From positions 47,039 to 111,038 of the forward strand of contig BTVY01000019.1 in the NCBI GenBank assembly GCA_045863335.1: a stretch of DNA of 64,000 bases, written 5' to 3'. This DNA is from Candidatus Hydrogenedentota bacterium. Its GTDB lineage: Bacteria > Hydrogenedentota > Hydrogenedentia > Hydrogenedentales > SLHB01. Both the position numbers and the translations under genes were made by a program. The stretch's first letter is position 1; each line of letters opens with the position of its first letter. Positions 36,326 through 47,092 of this stretch are shown here, one piece after another. The notes under the pieces were generated by a model that worked only from the letters and a program-made list of their open reading frames with translations, was not told the DNA's origin and ran no database searches.

Positions 36326-38917
36326 CAACCGAGTCGCCCGGAGGCGCAGGGCGTTGGTTATCACCGAAACCGAACTGAAACTCATCGCCGCGGCGGCGAT
36401 CATGGGGCTGAGCAGCATGCCCATGACGGGATACAACACGCCCGCGGCGATGGGCACGCCGAGGGAGTTGTACACGAAGGCCAGGAAGAGGTTCTGCCGG
36501 ATGTTGCGCATGACGGCGCGGCTGAGGCGGATGGCTTTCGCGATGCCGCGCAGGTCGCCTTTGACGAGCGTGATTCCCGCGCTTTCCATGGCCACGTCGG
36601 TGCCGGAACCCATGGCGATGCCGACGTGGGCCTGGGCCAACGCGGGCGCGTCGTTGATGCCGTCTCCCGCCATGGCGACGATCTTCCCTTCGGATTGCAG
36701 CCGTTTGACGACTTCTACTTTGCGCTCGGGAAGCACGTCCGCTTCGACCTCATCGATGCCGAGATCGTCGGCCACGGCCTGGGCCGTCGTTTTGCTGTCG
36801 CCGGTGACCATGACCACACGAACGCCCGCCTCGTGCAAGGTCTTCAGCGCTTCCGGGGTGGATTCCTTGATGGGATCGGCCACGCCGAGCAGGCCGGCGG
36901 GTTGGTCATCGACGACTACGAACATAACGGTTTGCGCTTTGCCGCGCAGTTCTTCCGCCCGTTCCGGCAAGCTGCCCAGGTCGATGGCCTGCTCCTCGAA
37001 GAGCGCGCGGTTGCCGAGGTGGATGGTCTTACCGTCCAGCTTCCCGGTGACTCCTTTGCCCGTGATGGAATCGAAATCCTGCACGTCCGTCAGGGACACG
37101 TCCCGTTCGCGCGCGCCTTGCACGATGGCTTCGGCTAGAGGATGCTCGCTGGCGCGTTCCAAACTGGCCGCATGCCGAAGGAGATCCTTTTCGTCCCATC
37201 CGTTCGCCGGTTCCACGGTTACGAGCCGGGGCTTGCCTTCGGTCAACGTGCCCGTCTTGTCGACGACCAGCGTGTCGACCTTCTCGAAGATTTCCAGGGA
37301 CTCCGCGTTTTTCACGAGCACGCCTTCCGACGCGCCGCGTCCCGTGCCGACCATGATGGACATGGGTGTGGCAAGGCCCAGCGCACAGGGACAGGCGATG
37401 ATCAACACCGACACCGCGCTGACAAGCGCATGGGCCAAGCGAGGTTCCGGACCCACGAGCATCCATACGATAAACGCGACAACGGCCACCGCGACGACGG
37501 CGGGTACGAAGTAGCTCGCCACCACGTCCGCCAATCGCTGGATCGGCGCCCGGCTTCGTTGGGCCTCACTGACCATCCGCACGATCTGCGCGAGGAGTGT
37601 GTCGCTGCCCACCCGCTCGGCCTTCATGACGAAACTGCCTTTGCCGTTGACCGTACCGCCCGTGACGGAATCGTCGGCATTCTTCTCCACGGGCACCGGC
37701 TCGCCGGTAACCATCGATTCATCGATGGTGGTTTTCCCTTCGAGGACCGTTCCATCGACGGGCACCTTCTCGCCGGGGCGGACGCGCAACCGGTCTCCGG
37801 CCTGGACGTCCTTCAGCGGGACATCCACTTCGTCTCCGTTCTCCTTGATGCGGCGCGCGGTTTTAGGCGCCAGCCCGAGGAGTTTCTTGATGGCGCCGCT
37901 AGTCTGGGCGCGGGCACGAAGTTCCAACACCTGCCCCAGGAGCACCAAGGCAATGATGACCGCCGACGCCTCGAAATAGACCGGCACCATGCCACCGTGG
38001 GTTTTCAACGAATCCGGAAACAGTTCCGGCGCGACTGTTGCGACGATGCTGTATCCGTAAGCGACCCCGGTGCCGAGGGCGATGAGCGTGAACATGTTCA
38101 GGTTCCAACTGACGACCGAACGCCAACCGCGTATGAAGAAGGGGAGACCGCAGTACAGCACGACCGGCGTGGCGAGGATGAATTGCAACCACGTCTGCAC
38201 GGCCATGGGGATCACGTTTGTCAGCGGCTTGCCCGGGATCATCTCCGACATGGACAGGATGAACACCGGCACAGTGAACCCGAGGCTGAGCCAGAAGCGC
38301 CGCTTCATGTCGTCGAGTTCGGCATTCGATTCCTCCGCCGTCACCTCGCGTGGTTCCAGCGCCATGCCGCACTTGGGGCAGTCCCCCGGCTCGTCCTGGA
38401 CGATTTCGGGATGCATGGGGCAGGTGTACTCGGTGCGCGTGGCCGCCGGTTCGTACGTGGCGGGCTCGAGCGCCATACCGCATTTCGGACAGTCCCCGGG
38501 GCCTTTCTGCCGCACCTCGGGGCACATGGGGCAGACATATTCGCGTTGGTCGTCCTTATGCGATTCCGCCGGCTTTGGTTGAGGCGAAAGGTACTTCTCC
38601 GGATCGCCCGAGAACTTCTCTTTGCATCCCGCGGAACAGAAGTAGTAGGTCTGCCCTTCATGTTCGAAACGGTGCTTCGCCGTCTCGGGGTTCACTTTCA
38701 TGCCGCAGACCGGGTCGTTCGCGTCCGTCTGCGCATAGGACTCCGGCGCGGCGTCGAACTTGGTCTTGCACCCCGCGCTGCAAAAGTAAATCGTCCGGCC
38801 GCCGTACTCCGAGGTCAGTTTCGCCCGCGCCGGATTGACGGTCATTCCGCACACGGGATCCGTAGCCAACTCCCCTGCGGTCGAATCCGTATGGTGGGAT
38901 TCCTCTTCGTTCTCCAT
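36323..38917 (-). CDS. copA: P1B-type Cu(I)/Ag(I) ATPase with two YHS domains and two CPM(H/C)P metal-binding domains
   Basis: DPVCGM...YFCS x2; CPMCP and CPMHP..CPKCGM; TGE, CPC, DKTGT, SEHP, GDGIND, YN, MSFSS. Confidence 0.95.
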   Translation of the reverse strand: MENEEESHHTDSTAGELATDPVCGMTVNPARAKLTSEYGGRTIYFCSAGCKTKFDAAPESYAQTDANDPVCGMKVNPETAKHRFEHEGQTYYFCSAGCKEKFSGDPEKYLSPQPKPAESHKDDQREYVCPMCPEVRQKGPGDCPKCGMALEPATYEPAATRTEYTCPMHPEIVQDEPGDCPKCGMALEPREVTAEESNAELDDMKRRFWLSLGFTVPVFILSMSEMIPGKPLTNVIPMAVQTWLQFILATPVVLYCGLPFFIRGWRSVVSWNLNMFTLIALGTGVAYGYSIVATVAPELFPDSLKTHGGMVPVYFEASAVIIALVLLGQVLELRARAQTSGAIKKLLGLAPKTARRIKENGDEVDVPLKDVQAGDRLRVRPGEKVPVDGTVLEGKTTIDESMVTGEPVPVEKNADDSVTGGTVNGKGSFVMKAERVGSDTLLAQIVRMVSEAQRSRAPIQRLADVVASYFVPAVVAVAVVAFIVWMLVGPEPRLAHALVSAVSVLIIACPCALGLATPMSIMVGTGRGASEGVLVKNAESLEIFEKVDTLVVDKTGTLTEGKPRLVTVEPANGWDEKDLLRHAASLERASEHPLAEAIVQGARERDVSLTDVQDFDSITGKGVTGKLDGKTIHLGNRALFEEQAIDLGSLPERAEELRGKAQTVMFVVVDDQPAGLLGVADPIKESTPEALKTLHEAGVRVVMVTGDSKTTAQAVADDLGIDEVEADVLPERKVEVVKRLQSEGKIVAMAGDGINDAPALAQAHVGIAMGSGTDVAMESAGITLVKGDLRGIAKAIRLSRAVMRNIRQNLFLAFVYNSLGVPIAAGVLYPVMGMLLSPMIAAAAMSFSSVSVITNALRLRATRL

Positions 38918-39138
38918 AGGGTGTTTTGCTCCTCCCTGATGCGTTGTCGAAGCCTTTAAGCTATAATGCGGTATCGGTTTACATGCGTTAGAGCTAACGC
39001 GGGGGAATCCTCGGGCATTCCAGCGTAGACGTGAAATGAAACCCCGGGATTGTGTGTTAACGGGCCTGATACACGAAATCTCTAAGCAATCGTATCGAAG
39101 TGAAATGGAGTAATGCCACGATGCCAGGGCGTAAGAAA

Positions 39139-39627
39139 ATGACTACCAAGCTAATCGAGGGCGGCAATCCGGCCAATCCCGAGCACCCGCACGACGAGCC
39201 ATTCATTCGAGGCCTCACCCAAGTCATTCGTTGGTCGGTGCGCGCGCTGGCATTGCTCATGACGGCCGTCATTGTGTGGGGCGTGGTAGACGTGGTGTAC
39301 GTATTGTACGAGCGCCTGCTCGAGCCGCCGTTCCTCCTGCTCAGTATCAGCGACATACTCGCTACCTTTGGCGCGTTTATGGCGGTGCTCATTGCCATCG
39401 AAATCTTCATCAATATTACCGTCTATCTGCGTGAAGATGTCATCCACGTGAAGATCGTCATCGCGACGGCGCTCATGGCCATTGCCCGGAAGGTAATCAT
39501 CATGGACCTCGAGGAGCTGGTCTGGCAGGAGGTCTTGGCGATTGCCGCAGTCGTCCTGGCCCTGAGTATCGGCTATTGGCTCGTCGTGGTGAAGGACGAG
39601 CGCGACGCGGGGGCTATCCCGCACTAG
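39139..39627 (+). CDS. PsiE family membrane protein
   Basis: [19 protein letters not shown]; four TM helices. Confidence 0.8.
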   Translation: MTTKLIEGGNPANPEHPHDEPFIRGLTQVIRWSVRALALLMTAVIVWGVVDVVYVLYERLLEPPFLLLSISDILATFGAFMAVLIAIEIFINITVYLREDVIHVKIVIATALMAIARKVIIMDLEELVWQEVLAIAAVVLALSIGYWLVVVKDERDAGAIPH

Positions 39628-39706
39628 CGCCAAAGAGTTGACTTTCCCGCGCGATTGCTTCAGGCTCCTCCCCGGCAATCATCTGTCTGCAAGGAGGGAG
39701 CTACCT

Positions 39707-41086
39707 GTGGATACGCGGGACACGTCTGCCCAAGCAAAGCCTGAACTGAACGAAGAACCGCCCTATCCGCCCATCGGATACGCGTGGTACGTCGTCGGCG
39801 TATTGATGATCCTCTACGTGCTGTCGTTCATCGACCGGCAGATCATGTCGCTGATCGTCGAACCGATGAAACGCGACCTGGAAGTCAGTGACACGCTCAT
39901 GGGGCTTCTCATGGGCACTTCCTTCGCCATCTTCTACACCTTGTTCGGCATGCCCCTCGGCCGCCTTGCGGACAGTCGCAGCCGCCGCGGTATTATCGCC
40001 GCGGGGGTGTTTCTCTGGAGCCTGATGACCGCGTTTTGCGGCATCGCGCGCAACTACGCCCAACTCTTCGCGTACCGCGTGGGCGTCGGTATCGGGGAAG
40101 CCGCCCTGTCGCCGGCGGCCTATTCGCTGATAACGGATTACTTTCCGCGCAATCGGCTTGCCACGGCGATCAGCGTGTACGGAATGGGCATCTACCTCGG
40201 GTCAGGTCTCGCCTATCTGCTGGGCGGTTACGTGATCCAGTTCGTCTATGGCGCGGACATGATCGACGTCCCCATTCTCGGCGCCGTGCGCCCCTGGCAG
40301 ACGGTCTTCCTGATTGTCGGCATCCCCGGCATCTTTTTCTCGCTGCTCATGCTGACCGTTCGGGAACCGTTCCGGCGGGGACTGAAGGCTCGCGCCGGCG
40401 CATCGTCAAGCGTTCCATTGAAGGCGGTGCTCGACTACATCCACGCGAACAAAGCGACGTTCTTCTGCCACAACATGAGTTTCGCGCTGATGGCCATGGC
40501 CGGCTATGGCAGCATCAGTTGGATTCCGGCGTTCTTCATCCGCACCCACGGTTGGGAAGCGGCGGACGTGGGCAAGACCTACGGGGCCATCATGATGGTT
40601 TTCGGCTCCACCGGAATCGTGTTTGGCGGTTACCTCGCAGACCGGCTCGCCGCCAAGGGCCACATCGATTCCAAGATGCGCGCGGGCGTCGTCGCCGCGC
40701 TGGCATCCGTTCCCTTGAGTCTTGCCTATCCGCTGGTGCCGGACGGCCGTCTCGCCATGGTTTTGCTTGCGCCGCTGGCCTTCGCGGTGGCCATGCCCTT
40801 TGGCGCCGCGCCCGCGGCCATGCAGGAAGTCATGCCCGCCAACATGCGGGGCCAGGCCGGCGCTCTGTATCTTTTCGTGGTGAACTTGATCGGCATTGGA
40901 TTGGGCGCCCCGACCGTTGGCGCTTTGACGGATTTTGTGTTCAAAGACGAGTCCATGGTGCGCTACTCGCTGTGCATCGTTGGAACGGCATGCGGCATTG
41001 TGGCAGCCGGGTTACTCATTCTCGGTCTCGCGCCCTTCCGCCGCAGCATGCAGCACCTGGAAGAATGGCACACGAGCAACGTGTAG
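39707..41086 (+). CDS. MFS transporter (spinster-like)
   Basis: SFIDRQ, GRLADSRSRR, RVGVGIGEA, LITDYFP; GTG after AGGAGG. Confidence 0.92.
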   Translation: MDTRDTSAQAKPELNEEPPYPPIGYAWYVVGVLMILYVLSFIDRQIMSLIVEPMKRDLEVSDTLMGLLMGTSFAIFYTLFGMPLGRLADSRSRRGIIAAGVFLWSLMTAFCGIARNYAQLFAYRVGVGIGEAALSPAAYSLITDYFPRNRLATAISVYGMGIYLGSGLAYLLGGYVIQFVYGADMIDVPILGAVRPWQTVFLIVGIPGIFFSLLMLTVREPFRRGLKARAGASSSVPLKAVLDYIHANKATFFCHNMSFALMAMAGYGSISWIPAFFIRTHGWEAADVGKTYGAIMMVFGSTGIVFGGYLADRLAAKGHIDSKMRAGVVAALASVPLSLAYPLVPDGRLAMVLLAPLAFAVAMPFGAAPAAMQEVMPANMRGQAGALYLFVVNLIGIGLGAPTVGALTDFVFKDESMVRYSLCIVGTACGIVAAGLLILGLAPFRRSMQHLEEWHTSNV

Positions 41087-42210
41087 ACGGAACGCTCATC
41101 GTGGGCGCGGGGCCCGCCGGCCTCGCTCTGGGCGCTTGTTTGCGCCGGCTAAACCATCCGTTCACGATTCTGGAACGGGGCGACGCGCCGGGCGCTTCGT
41201 GGCGCAACCATTACGAACGCCTTCACCTGCACACGGTAAAGCAGCATTCGGGTTTGCCGCACTTGCCCTTTCCGGAGCACGTGGATCAGTATCCATCGCG
41301 CCAGGACGTGGTGGATTATCTTGACGCTTATTCGCGGCATTTCGAGTTGAACCCGCGCTGTGGTGAGGAAGTACAATCGATCCGGCGCGATGGCGATTTG
41401 TGGCATACCACGACGTCCGGCGGGTCATACATTTCCGGGCAGGTTGTCATCGCGGCGGGTTACAACCGGCATCCCTACATTCCTCCGTTTGCCGGGATAG
41501 AAGACTTCGGCGGTGATGTCGTTCACAGCCGCGAGTACCGGAACGGCAGTGCGTACCGCGGCAAGCGCGTGCTGGTCGTCGGATTCGGCAACACGGGCGG
41601 CGAGATCGCCATCGACCTTCACGAGCATGGCGCCGCGTCGATCGCGGTCTGTGTGCGGACCCCCGTCCACGTCATCCCCCGCGAGTTTCTCGGCACGCCG
41701 ACGCAGATCTCCGGGATTATGTTGAGTAAGCTTCCCACGTTCCTGTCGGACTTCATCAGCTCCACCGTCGCGCGCATCGCCGTGGGCGATCTGTCGCAGT
41801 ATGGCATTCATCGTCCGAAGATCAGTCCCGCGGCGCAGATCAACCGGTACGGACGCGTTCCCCTGATCGACATCGGGACCATCGATCTGGTTAAGCGCGG
41901 CATCGTCCGAATCGTCCCCGGAATCAACGCATTCACTGCGGCCGGCGCGTCGTTCGTGGATGGCACGACGCTGGAGTTCGACTCCGTTATCCTCGCCACC
42001 GGGTATCGTCCTGCTCTGGACGAGTTTCTCGAAGACGCCGCGGCGGTCACGGACCCGCACGGATTCCCGATTCCGCGCGCGGGCGCGTCGGCCTTGGCGG
42101 GATTGTATTTTCTGGGATACACCAATCCGTCGACCGGTCTGCTTCGACAAATCGCCATCGACGCGCAGCGTGTCGCGAATGAGATTGCTGCCGTTCCGGT
42201 TGCTCGCTGA
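41065..42210 (+). CDS. Class B flavin monooxygenase (YUCCA/TrkA-like)
   Basis: GAGPAG, YERLHLH, FGGDVVHSREY (FxGxxxHxxxY), GFGNTG, ATGY. Confidence 0.9.
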   Translation: MAHEQRVDGTLIVGAGPAGLALGACLRRLNHPFTILERGDAPGASWRNHYERLHLHTVKQHSGLPHLPFPEHVDQYPSRQDVVDYLDAYSRHFELNPRCGEEVQSIRRDGDLWHTTTSGGSYISGQVVIAAGYNRHPYIPPFAGIEDFGGDVVHSREYRNGSAYRGKRVLVVGFGNTGGEIAIDLHEHGAASIAVCVRTPVHVIPREFLGTPTQISGIMLSKLPTFLSDFISSTVARIAVGDLSQYGIHRPKISPAAQINRYGRVPLIDIGTIDLVKRGIVRIVPGINAFTAAGASFVDGTTLEFDSVILATGYRPALDEFLEDAAAVTDPHGFPIPRAGASALAGLYFLGYTNPSTGLLRQIAIDAQRVANEIAAVPVAR

Positions 42211-42250
42211 TCGCCACTGGGTTCAAGTCTGGCGGAACCACGACCCATTC

Positions 42251-42347
42251 TCGAAATCGGGATCGCTATCGGTATCGGGATCGAAATCCAGATCGGGATT
42301 AACTCACGTCACCCACCTCGATCCCGATAGCAATCGCGAACCCGATT
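42251..42347. repeat. Inverted hexamer (ATCGNN) array
   Basis: ATCGGG ATCGCT ATCGGT ATCGGG ATCGAA ... CTCGAT CCCGAT ... CCCGAT. Confidence 0.7.
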
Positions 42348-42446
42348 ACAGGAACGGCGGAATAGGCGCGTGCCGTCGCGAGGTTTCAAGGGATAGGGCT
42401 GCACTCCAACTTCAATCTCACCCAAACCAGAAATCGGGAGGATCCC

Positions 42447-42974
42447 ATGGCCAAATCTTCCAAAGGACTTGCCGTCGTGTTGGCGGAGAACATGTACGAG
42501 AACCTCGAACTGCACTATCCGAAGCTTCGTCTCGAAGAAGCGGGCTACGAGGTCAAGGTCGTCGGACCCGAGAAGGGCGCGTCCTACGGCTCGAAAGAAG
42601 GCTATCCCGCCGTCGCGGATTGCACCTTCAGCGACGTGGAACCGAGTGCCGTGAGAGTGCTCGTCGTCCCGGGCGGTTTCGCGCCGGACAAGTTGCGCCG
42701 CTATCGCGAGTGCAACGAGTTTGTCGCGGCCTGCTGGAAGGCGGGCGCGGTTGTCGGGGCAATCTGTCATGCGGGTTGGGTGCCCATCAGCGCCAAGATC
42801 GTGAAGGGCGTGCGCATGACGAGCGTCAGCGCCATCAAGGACGATCTGGAAAATGCGGGGGCGACATGGGTCGACGAACGCTGTGTCGTGGACGGTAGAT
42901 TCGTCTCCGCGCAGATTCCTCGCGACCTGCCCGCGTTCATGAAAGCGATCCTTGAAGTGGCGGAAGGGAACTGA
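42447..42974 (+). CDS. PfpI/DJ-1 family protein
   Basis: YENLELHYP, VPGGFAPDKLR, nucleophile AICHAG, DLPAF. Confidence 0.92.
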   Translation: MAKSSKGLAVVLAENMYENLELHYPKLRLEEAGYEVKVVGPEKGASYGSKEGYPAVADCTFSDVEPSAVRVLVVPGGFAPDKLRRYRECNEFVAACWKAGAVVGAICHAGWVPISAKIVKGVRMTSVSAIKDDLENAGATWVDERCVVDGRFVSAQIPRDLPAFMKAILEVAEGN

Positions 42975-43025
42975 GCGCAACTTTCCGCAACTACGGGTAC
43001 ATTCTATGGGACGGTCCAGACCTCA

Positions 43026-43192
43026 AAGAACATCCCCCTTGATCCCCCTTCAAAGGGGGAGTGTGCGCGAGACGCAGACTATCTAGATCCTTATCGTTCC
43101 CGCCACGAAACCGAGCCGTTTGGCCGTACCCAACGCAACACGAAGTGTTGCGAGAATTCCCCCTTTGAAGGGGGATTGAGGGGGATGTTCTT
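43026..43192. repeat. REPIN/MITE-like element, copy 2
   Basis: AAGAACATCCCCCTTGATCCCCCTTCAAAGGGGGAG...TTCCCCCTTTGAAGGGGGATTGAGGGGGATGTTCTT; same termini as 14471-14631. Confidence 0.85.
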
Positions 43193-43305
43193 CGAGGCAG
43201 GGCAGACATCTGGTGTGTTTTTTACTGCGTTGACGTGAATTCAGCAAGTTGTCGCGTTGACTTGGTTGACTGAGGCGGCGAGGCTGGACCACACTTACGG
43301 CCACC

Positions 43306-45387
43306 ATGCCGAAATTCACCCGGGATACTCTCATCAATGCCGCGATCGCTGCCGCAATCGTAGCAGCGACACTTGCCGTGTACTGGCAGGTCAACGCGTT
43401 TGGTTTCCTGAACGACGGCGACACTGTCAACATCACCGAGAACCCTTACGTCGCGCGCGGCGTCACGCGGGACGGTATTGTCGCCGCTTTCACGAAACCA
43501 CAGGGCGGGGGATGGAGTCCCGTCGCCACGTTGACGCATATGATCGATGTGGATATCTTCGGGCTCGATCCGGGGCCGCCGCATGTCATCAATGTCATCT
43601 TTCACTGCTCGAACACGGTGGTTCTCTTCCTGCTGCTCTTCACAATGACGCGCGCGCGATGGCCGAGCGCGTTCGTTGCGGCGCTGTTCGCGTTACACCC
43701 GCTCCACGTGGAACCTGTGGCGTGGCTGTCGGGCCGTAAAGACGTGCTCAGCATGCACTTCATGCTGATGACCATCCGGTTTTACCTGCGCTATGTCGAG
43801 AAGCCGAACTGGAAGACCTCCGGCCTCGTCATCGTGCATTTCCTGGCGGCGTTGCTGTCCAAGCCCATGGTTGTGACGCTGCCGGTGCTGCTTCTGCTGC
43901 TCGACTACTGGCCCTTGGGCCGACTCGATGCGACTCCCGTGCTCGCGGAAAAGAAACGCGTGGCGCTCCGGCTGATGCGCGAGAAGATTCCGCTGTTGCT
44001 GTGCTCCATCGTGGTGTCCGTGATTACGGTCATCGTTCAACGGGCGGGCGGGACGGTGCGCAGCTTCGACGAGTACTCCTGGTACGAGCGCATGGGGAAC
44101 GCGCTGGTGTCGTACGTGACGTATGTGTGGGTCACGCTGTGGCCGGTGAACCTCGCGCCGCACTATCCTCATCCAGGCGCGTTGCCGGTGTGGATGGTGC
44201 TCGGCGCGGCCGCGCTGCTCCTCGCGATCACGGCGGCGGCCTTGTTGCGCATGGGGAAGAGTCCGTACCTCATAACGGGGTGGGGATGGTGGCTGGTTTC
44301 GCTGTTCCCGGTCATCGGCATCATCCCGATCGGCAGCTTTGCCCGGGCGGACCGGTTCACCTACATGCCCCACATCGGCCTGTTCATCGTCTTTGCGTGG
44401 GGCATTAATGAACTGACACGGCGCGTGCCCCAGCGCAAACTGTTGATCGCCGCGTGCGCGGTCGTCCTGTTCATTCCGATGACCGTCGCGACTTTTCACC
44501 AGGCGGCGCACTGGCGCGAAAGCATCGCCTTGTTCGAGCATGCCGTGGCCGTGTCGCCGGAGAGTTCCGTGGCGCGGAACAACCTGGGCGTGGCGTTGAT
44601 GCAACGGGCGGACTCGCCCGGCGCGCAGGAAGGCGATTTGGAATTGGCGGAGCAGCACTTGCGCGAAGCCATTGCCGTCGCGCCCGCCTCTGTGGATGCG
44701 CACAACAACCTCGGCATCGCCCTGCTGCTGCAAGGCGAGGACGAAGCGGCCGCGGCGCAGTTTGAACAGGCGCTGGAACTGAATCCAGACGACCCCGACG
44801 CGCTCATCAATGCGGCGAACGCGCAACTCGCCCAAGGCGATGCCGAAGCGGCCATCGAGATGTACCGCCGGGCCATCGCTGCGACGCCGTTCAACGTGAA
44901 GGCCCATTACAACCTCGGCGTCGCCCTCGCGCAGTCGGGCGATCTGGAGGACGCGGTCGCGTCATACCGTGAGGCCGTGGCGTTGCAGCCGGACGATGCG
45001 AGCCTGCACGCGAGTCTGGCCAACGGGCTGCTGCAACAGGGGAAGTATCCCGAAGCCGCGACGGAGGCTCTGGAAGCGGTGAAGCGAGACCCTGACGACG
45101 CCTTCGCGCACTACAATCTGGGCATGGCGCAGTACCTCATGAACCGGATCGACGAGGCGATTGCGAGCTTTCGCAGGGCCGTAGCGCTAGAGCCGGATTT
45201 CCTGGACGCCCACTTGAATCTTGCGGGGGCGTTCACGCATGCGAAACAGTGGGACGAAGCGAAACGCCATTTTGAAGCGGCGCTTCGCATCGATCCCGGC
45301 AATCCCCAGGCCGCGGAGTCCTTGCAGTCCATCGCCGATATGGCCGCGCAAGACGCGGAGGGGCAATCGCCGAAAGAGGGGTCGTGA
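43306..45387 (+). CDS. TMTC-like membrane protein with about 8 TPR repeats (paralog of 5797..7506)
   Basis: HPLHVEPVAWLSGRK, KPMVVTLP, ADRFTY; repeated NNLG/YNLG TPR motifs. Confidence 0.85.
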   Translation: MPKFTRDTLINAAIAAAIVAATLAVYWQVNAFGFLNDGDTVNITENPYVARGVTRDGIVAAFTKPQGGGWSPVATLTHMIDVDIFGLDPGPPHVINVIFHCSNTVVLFLLLFTMTRARWPSAFVAALFALHPLHVEPVAWLSGRKDVLSMHFMLMTIRFYLRYVEKPNWKTSGLVIVHFLAALLSKPMVVTLPVLLLLLDYWPLGRLDATPVLAEKKRVALRLMREKIPLLLCSIVVSVITVIVQRAGGTVRSFDEYSWYERMGNALVSYVTYVWVTLWPVNLAPHYPHPGALPVWMVLGAAALLLAITAAALLRMGKSPYLITGWGWWLVSLFPVIGIIPIGSFARADRFTYMPHIGLFIVFAWGINELTRRVPQRKLLIAACAVVLFIPMTVATFHQAAHWRESIALFEHAVAVSPESSVARNNLGVALMQRADSPGAQEGDLELAEQHLREAIAVAPASVDAHNNLGIALLLQGEDEAAAAQFEQALELNPDDPDALINAANAQLAQGDAEAAIEMYRRAIAATPFNVKAHYNLGVALAQSGDLEDAVASYREAVALQPDDASLHASLANGLLQQGKYPEAATEALEAVKRDPDDAFAHYNLGMAQYLMNRIDEAIASFRRAVALEPDFLDAHLNLAGAFTHAKQWDEAKRHFEAALRIDPGNPQAAESLQSIADMAAQDAEGQSPKEGS

Positions 45388-45391
45388 CACG

Positions 45392-47092
45392 ATGGATCGG
45401 AACCGTGAAGCATTGGGTGTTCAAGGAGAACAGGCGTCCCGCCTGTTTCCCCAACATCAAAGAAAGCAGGCGGGACGCCTACTCTCCTTGGGATCACGAA
45501 AGCAGGCGAGACGCCTGCGCTACATTCAGGTCGCCATCCTGCTGATTCTCACCGCAGTGTCCGTGTCCTGCCCACGGCCTTCCGGACCGTGGCGGAGCGA
45601 ATTGTATCCGGTTGATTGGACGCCGGAAGCAACTTATGCGGGGGGACGTTTCCTTCACGATTTTTCCTACGCGGGCTACCATTACGGCGAAGACCCATTG
45701 CCGGATGCGAAGATAGGGCCGCCCGTATTTGATGTGGCGACGGCCTACGGCGCGGACAACACGGGCGTAGCGGACGCGACCACGGCGATTCAGAATGCGA
45801 TCGACGCGGCCGAGGTGGCGGGCGGCGTCGTTTACTTGCCGGCGGGGCTTTACCGGTGCGATGGCGTGTTGCGCGTGGACGAGCCCGGCGTCACGATTCG
45901 CGGCGACGGGGCGGACGCGACGAAGCTGTATTTCACCAAGTCCCAGGACATGGCCTACAAGAGCCACATCACCTTCCAGGGGTCCGTGTCGCGCGGACCG
46001 GAAATTCCCCTCGCGGTGGATGGGGAGAACCGCGCCTTCGACGTGTTCGTGAACGATGCGTCGTCGTTAAGCCCCGGCGATGAGGTCAGCCTCGGCTGGG
46101 TCATCACCGACGATTTCGTGGCGGAGCACGGCATGACCGGCACGTGGCAAGCCTTTAATGGCAACTGGCAGGCCATCTTCCGGCGCACGGTGGTGGCGGT
46201 CGATACCGCCGCGAACCCGGATCGCGTCACGCTGGACGTGCCCCTGCGGTATCCGGCGCTCGTGCGCGATGGGGCGAGTCTGCGTAAGGAAAGCGGGTAT
46301 CTCAGCGAATGCGGCGTCGAAGACCTCGCGTTGGCGAACGCGGTCGATTGGGACGACGCGTGGGACATCTATCAGGTGCATATCCTGTTGTTTTCCGGCG
46401 TGAAAGATTGCTGGGTGCGCGGCGTGGATTCCTTTGCGTCACCTTATCCTCCCGCCGACGGCTACCACCTTCAGAGCTGCGGTATCGAAGTCGTGAATTC
46501 CAAGCGCGTAACCGTGGCGGATAGCGTGATGCAGACCGCGCAGAACCGGGGCGGCGGCGGATGCGGATACCTCTTCGAGATCTCGCAGTCCAACGAGGTG
46601 CTCATCCGCGATTGTGCGGGCCTCGACGGGCGGCACAACTTCATTCAGAACTGGGGATTCGGCACGACAGGCTGCGTCTTTCTCCGGTGCTACAGCGCGG
46701 GCAGCACGAACCTCGCGTACCGCAATCTGCCCGTGGGCCTGCCCGCCAACAACGAGTACCACCATTCCCTCGCCATGGCGAACCTCGTCGATCAGTGCAC
46801 CCTCGACGACGGCTGGTACGCCGGCAACCGCAAGAACGAGAGCTCCGGCGCGGGGCATACCTCGACGCAGTGCGTGTTCTGGAACACGGACGGCCGCGGC
46901 GTGTTGCGCTCCTTCCAGTACGGCACGGGCTACGTCATCGGGACCGAAAACATCCGCGTCGACGTGAGCCTCGCCAACGGCCCCGCCCAGGGCACCGCGC
47001 CCGCCGACTACGTCGAAGGCGAAGGGCGGGGCGCGCAACTGGTCCCGGAATCGCTGTATGAAGACCAGTTGGAGGGGAGAATTGGGAATTGA
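45392..47092 (+). CDS. Pectate-lyase-3/GH28-like beta-helix protein, probable lipoprotein (start uncertain)
   Basis: DFSYAGY, YGADNTGVADATTAIQNAIDAA..GGVVYLPAGLY, IRGDG; lipobox-like AVSVSC; alternative TTG start at 45488. Confidence 0.8.
   Translation: MDRNREALGVQGEQASRLFPQHQRKQAGRLLSLGSRKQARRLRYIQVAILLILTAVSVSCPRPSGPWRSELYPVDWTPEATYAGGRFLHDFSYAGYHYGEDPLPDAKIGPPVFDVATAYGADNTGVADATTAIQNAIDAAEVAGGVVYLPAGLYRCDGVLRVDEPGVTIRGDGADATKLYFTKSQDMAYKSHITFQGSVSRGPEIPLAVDGENRAFDVFVNDASSLSPGDEVSLGWVITDDFVAEHGMTGTWQAFNGNWQAIFRRTVVAVDTAANPDRVTLDVPLRYPALVRDGASLRKESGYLSECGVEDLALANAVDWDDAWDIYQVHILLFSGVKDCWVRGVDSFASPYPPADGYHLQSCGIEVVNSKRVTVADSVMQTAQNRGGGGCGYLFEISQSNEVLIRDCAGLDGRHNFIQNWGFGTTGCVFLRCYSAGSTNLAYRNLPVGLPANNEYHHSLAMANLVDQCTLDDGWYAGNRKNESSGAGHTSTQCVFWNTDGRGVLRSFQYGTGYVIGTENIRVDVSLANGPAQGTAPADYVEGEGRGAQLVPESLYEDQLEGRIGN
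45422..45523. repeat. REP-like palindromes (CAGGCG.GACGCCT family), three copies
   Basis: CAAGGAGAACAGGCGTCCCGCCTGTTT / AAAGCAGGCGGGACGCCTACTCTCCTTG inverted pair, plus AAAGCAGGCGAGACGCCTGCGCTAC. Confidence 0.75.

Noticed and set aside
38918-39138. CsoR/CueR operator upstream of copA
   Set aside because: Only weak palindromes; no convincing match to either consensus.
40036-41064. 724-aa ORF suggesting an MFS-FMO fusion or frameshift
   Set aside because: Shadow frame of the MFS gene; both genes are complete with their own start and stop, and I see no slippery site.
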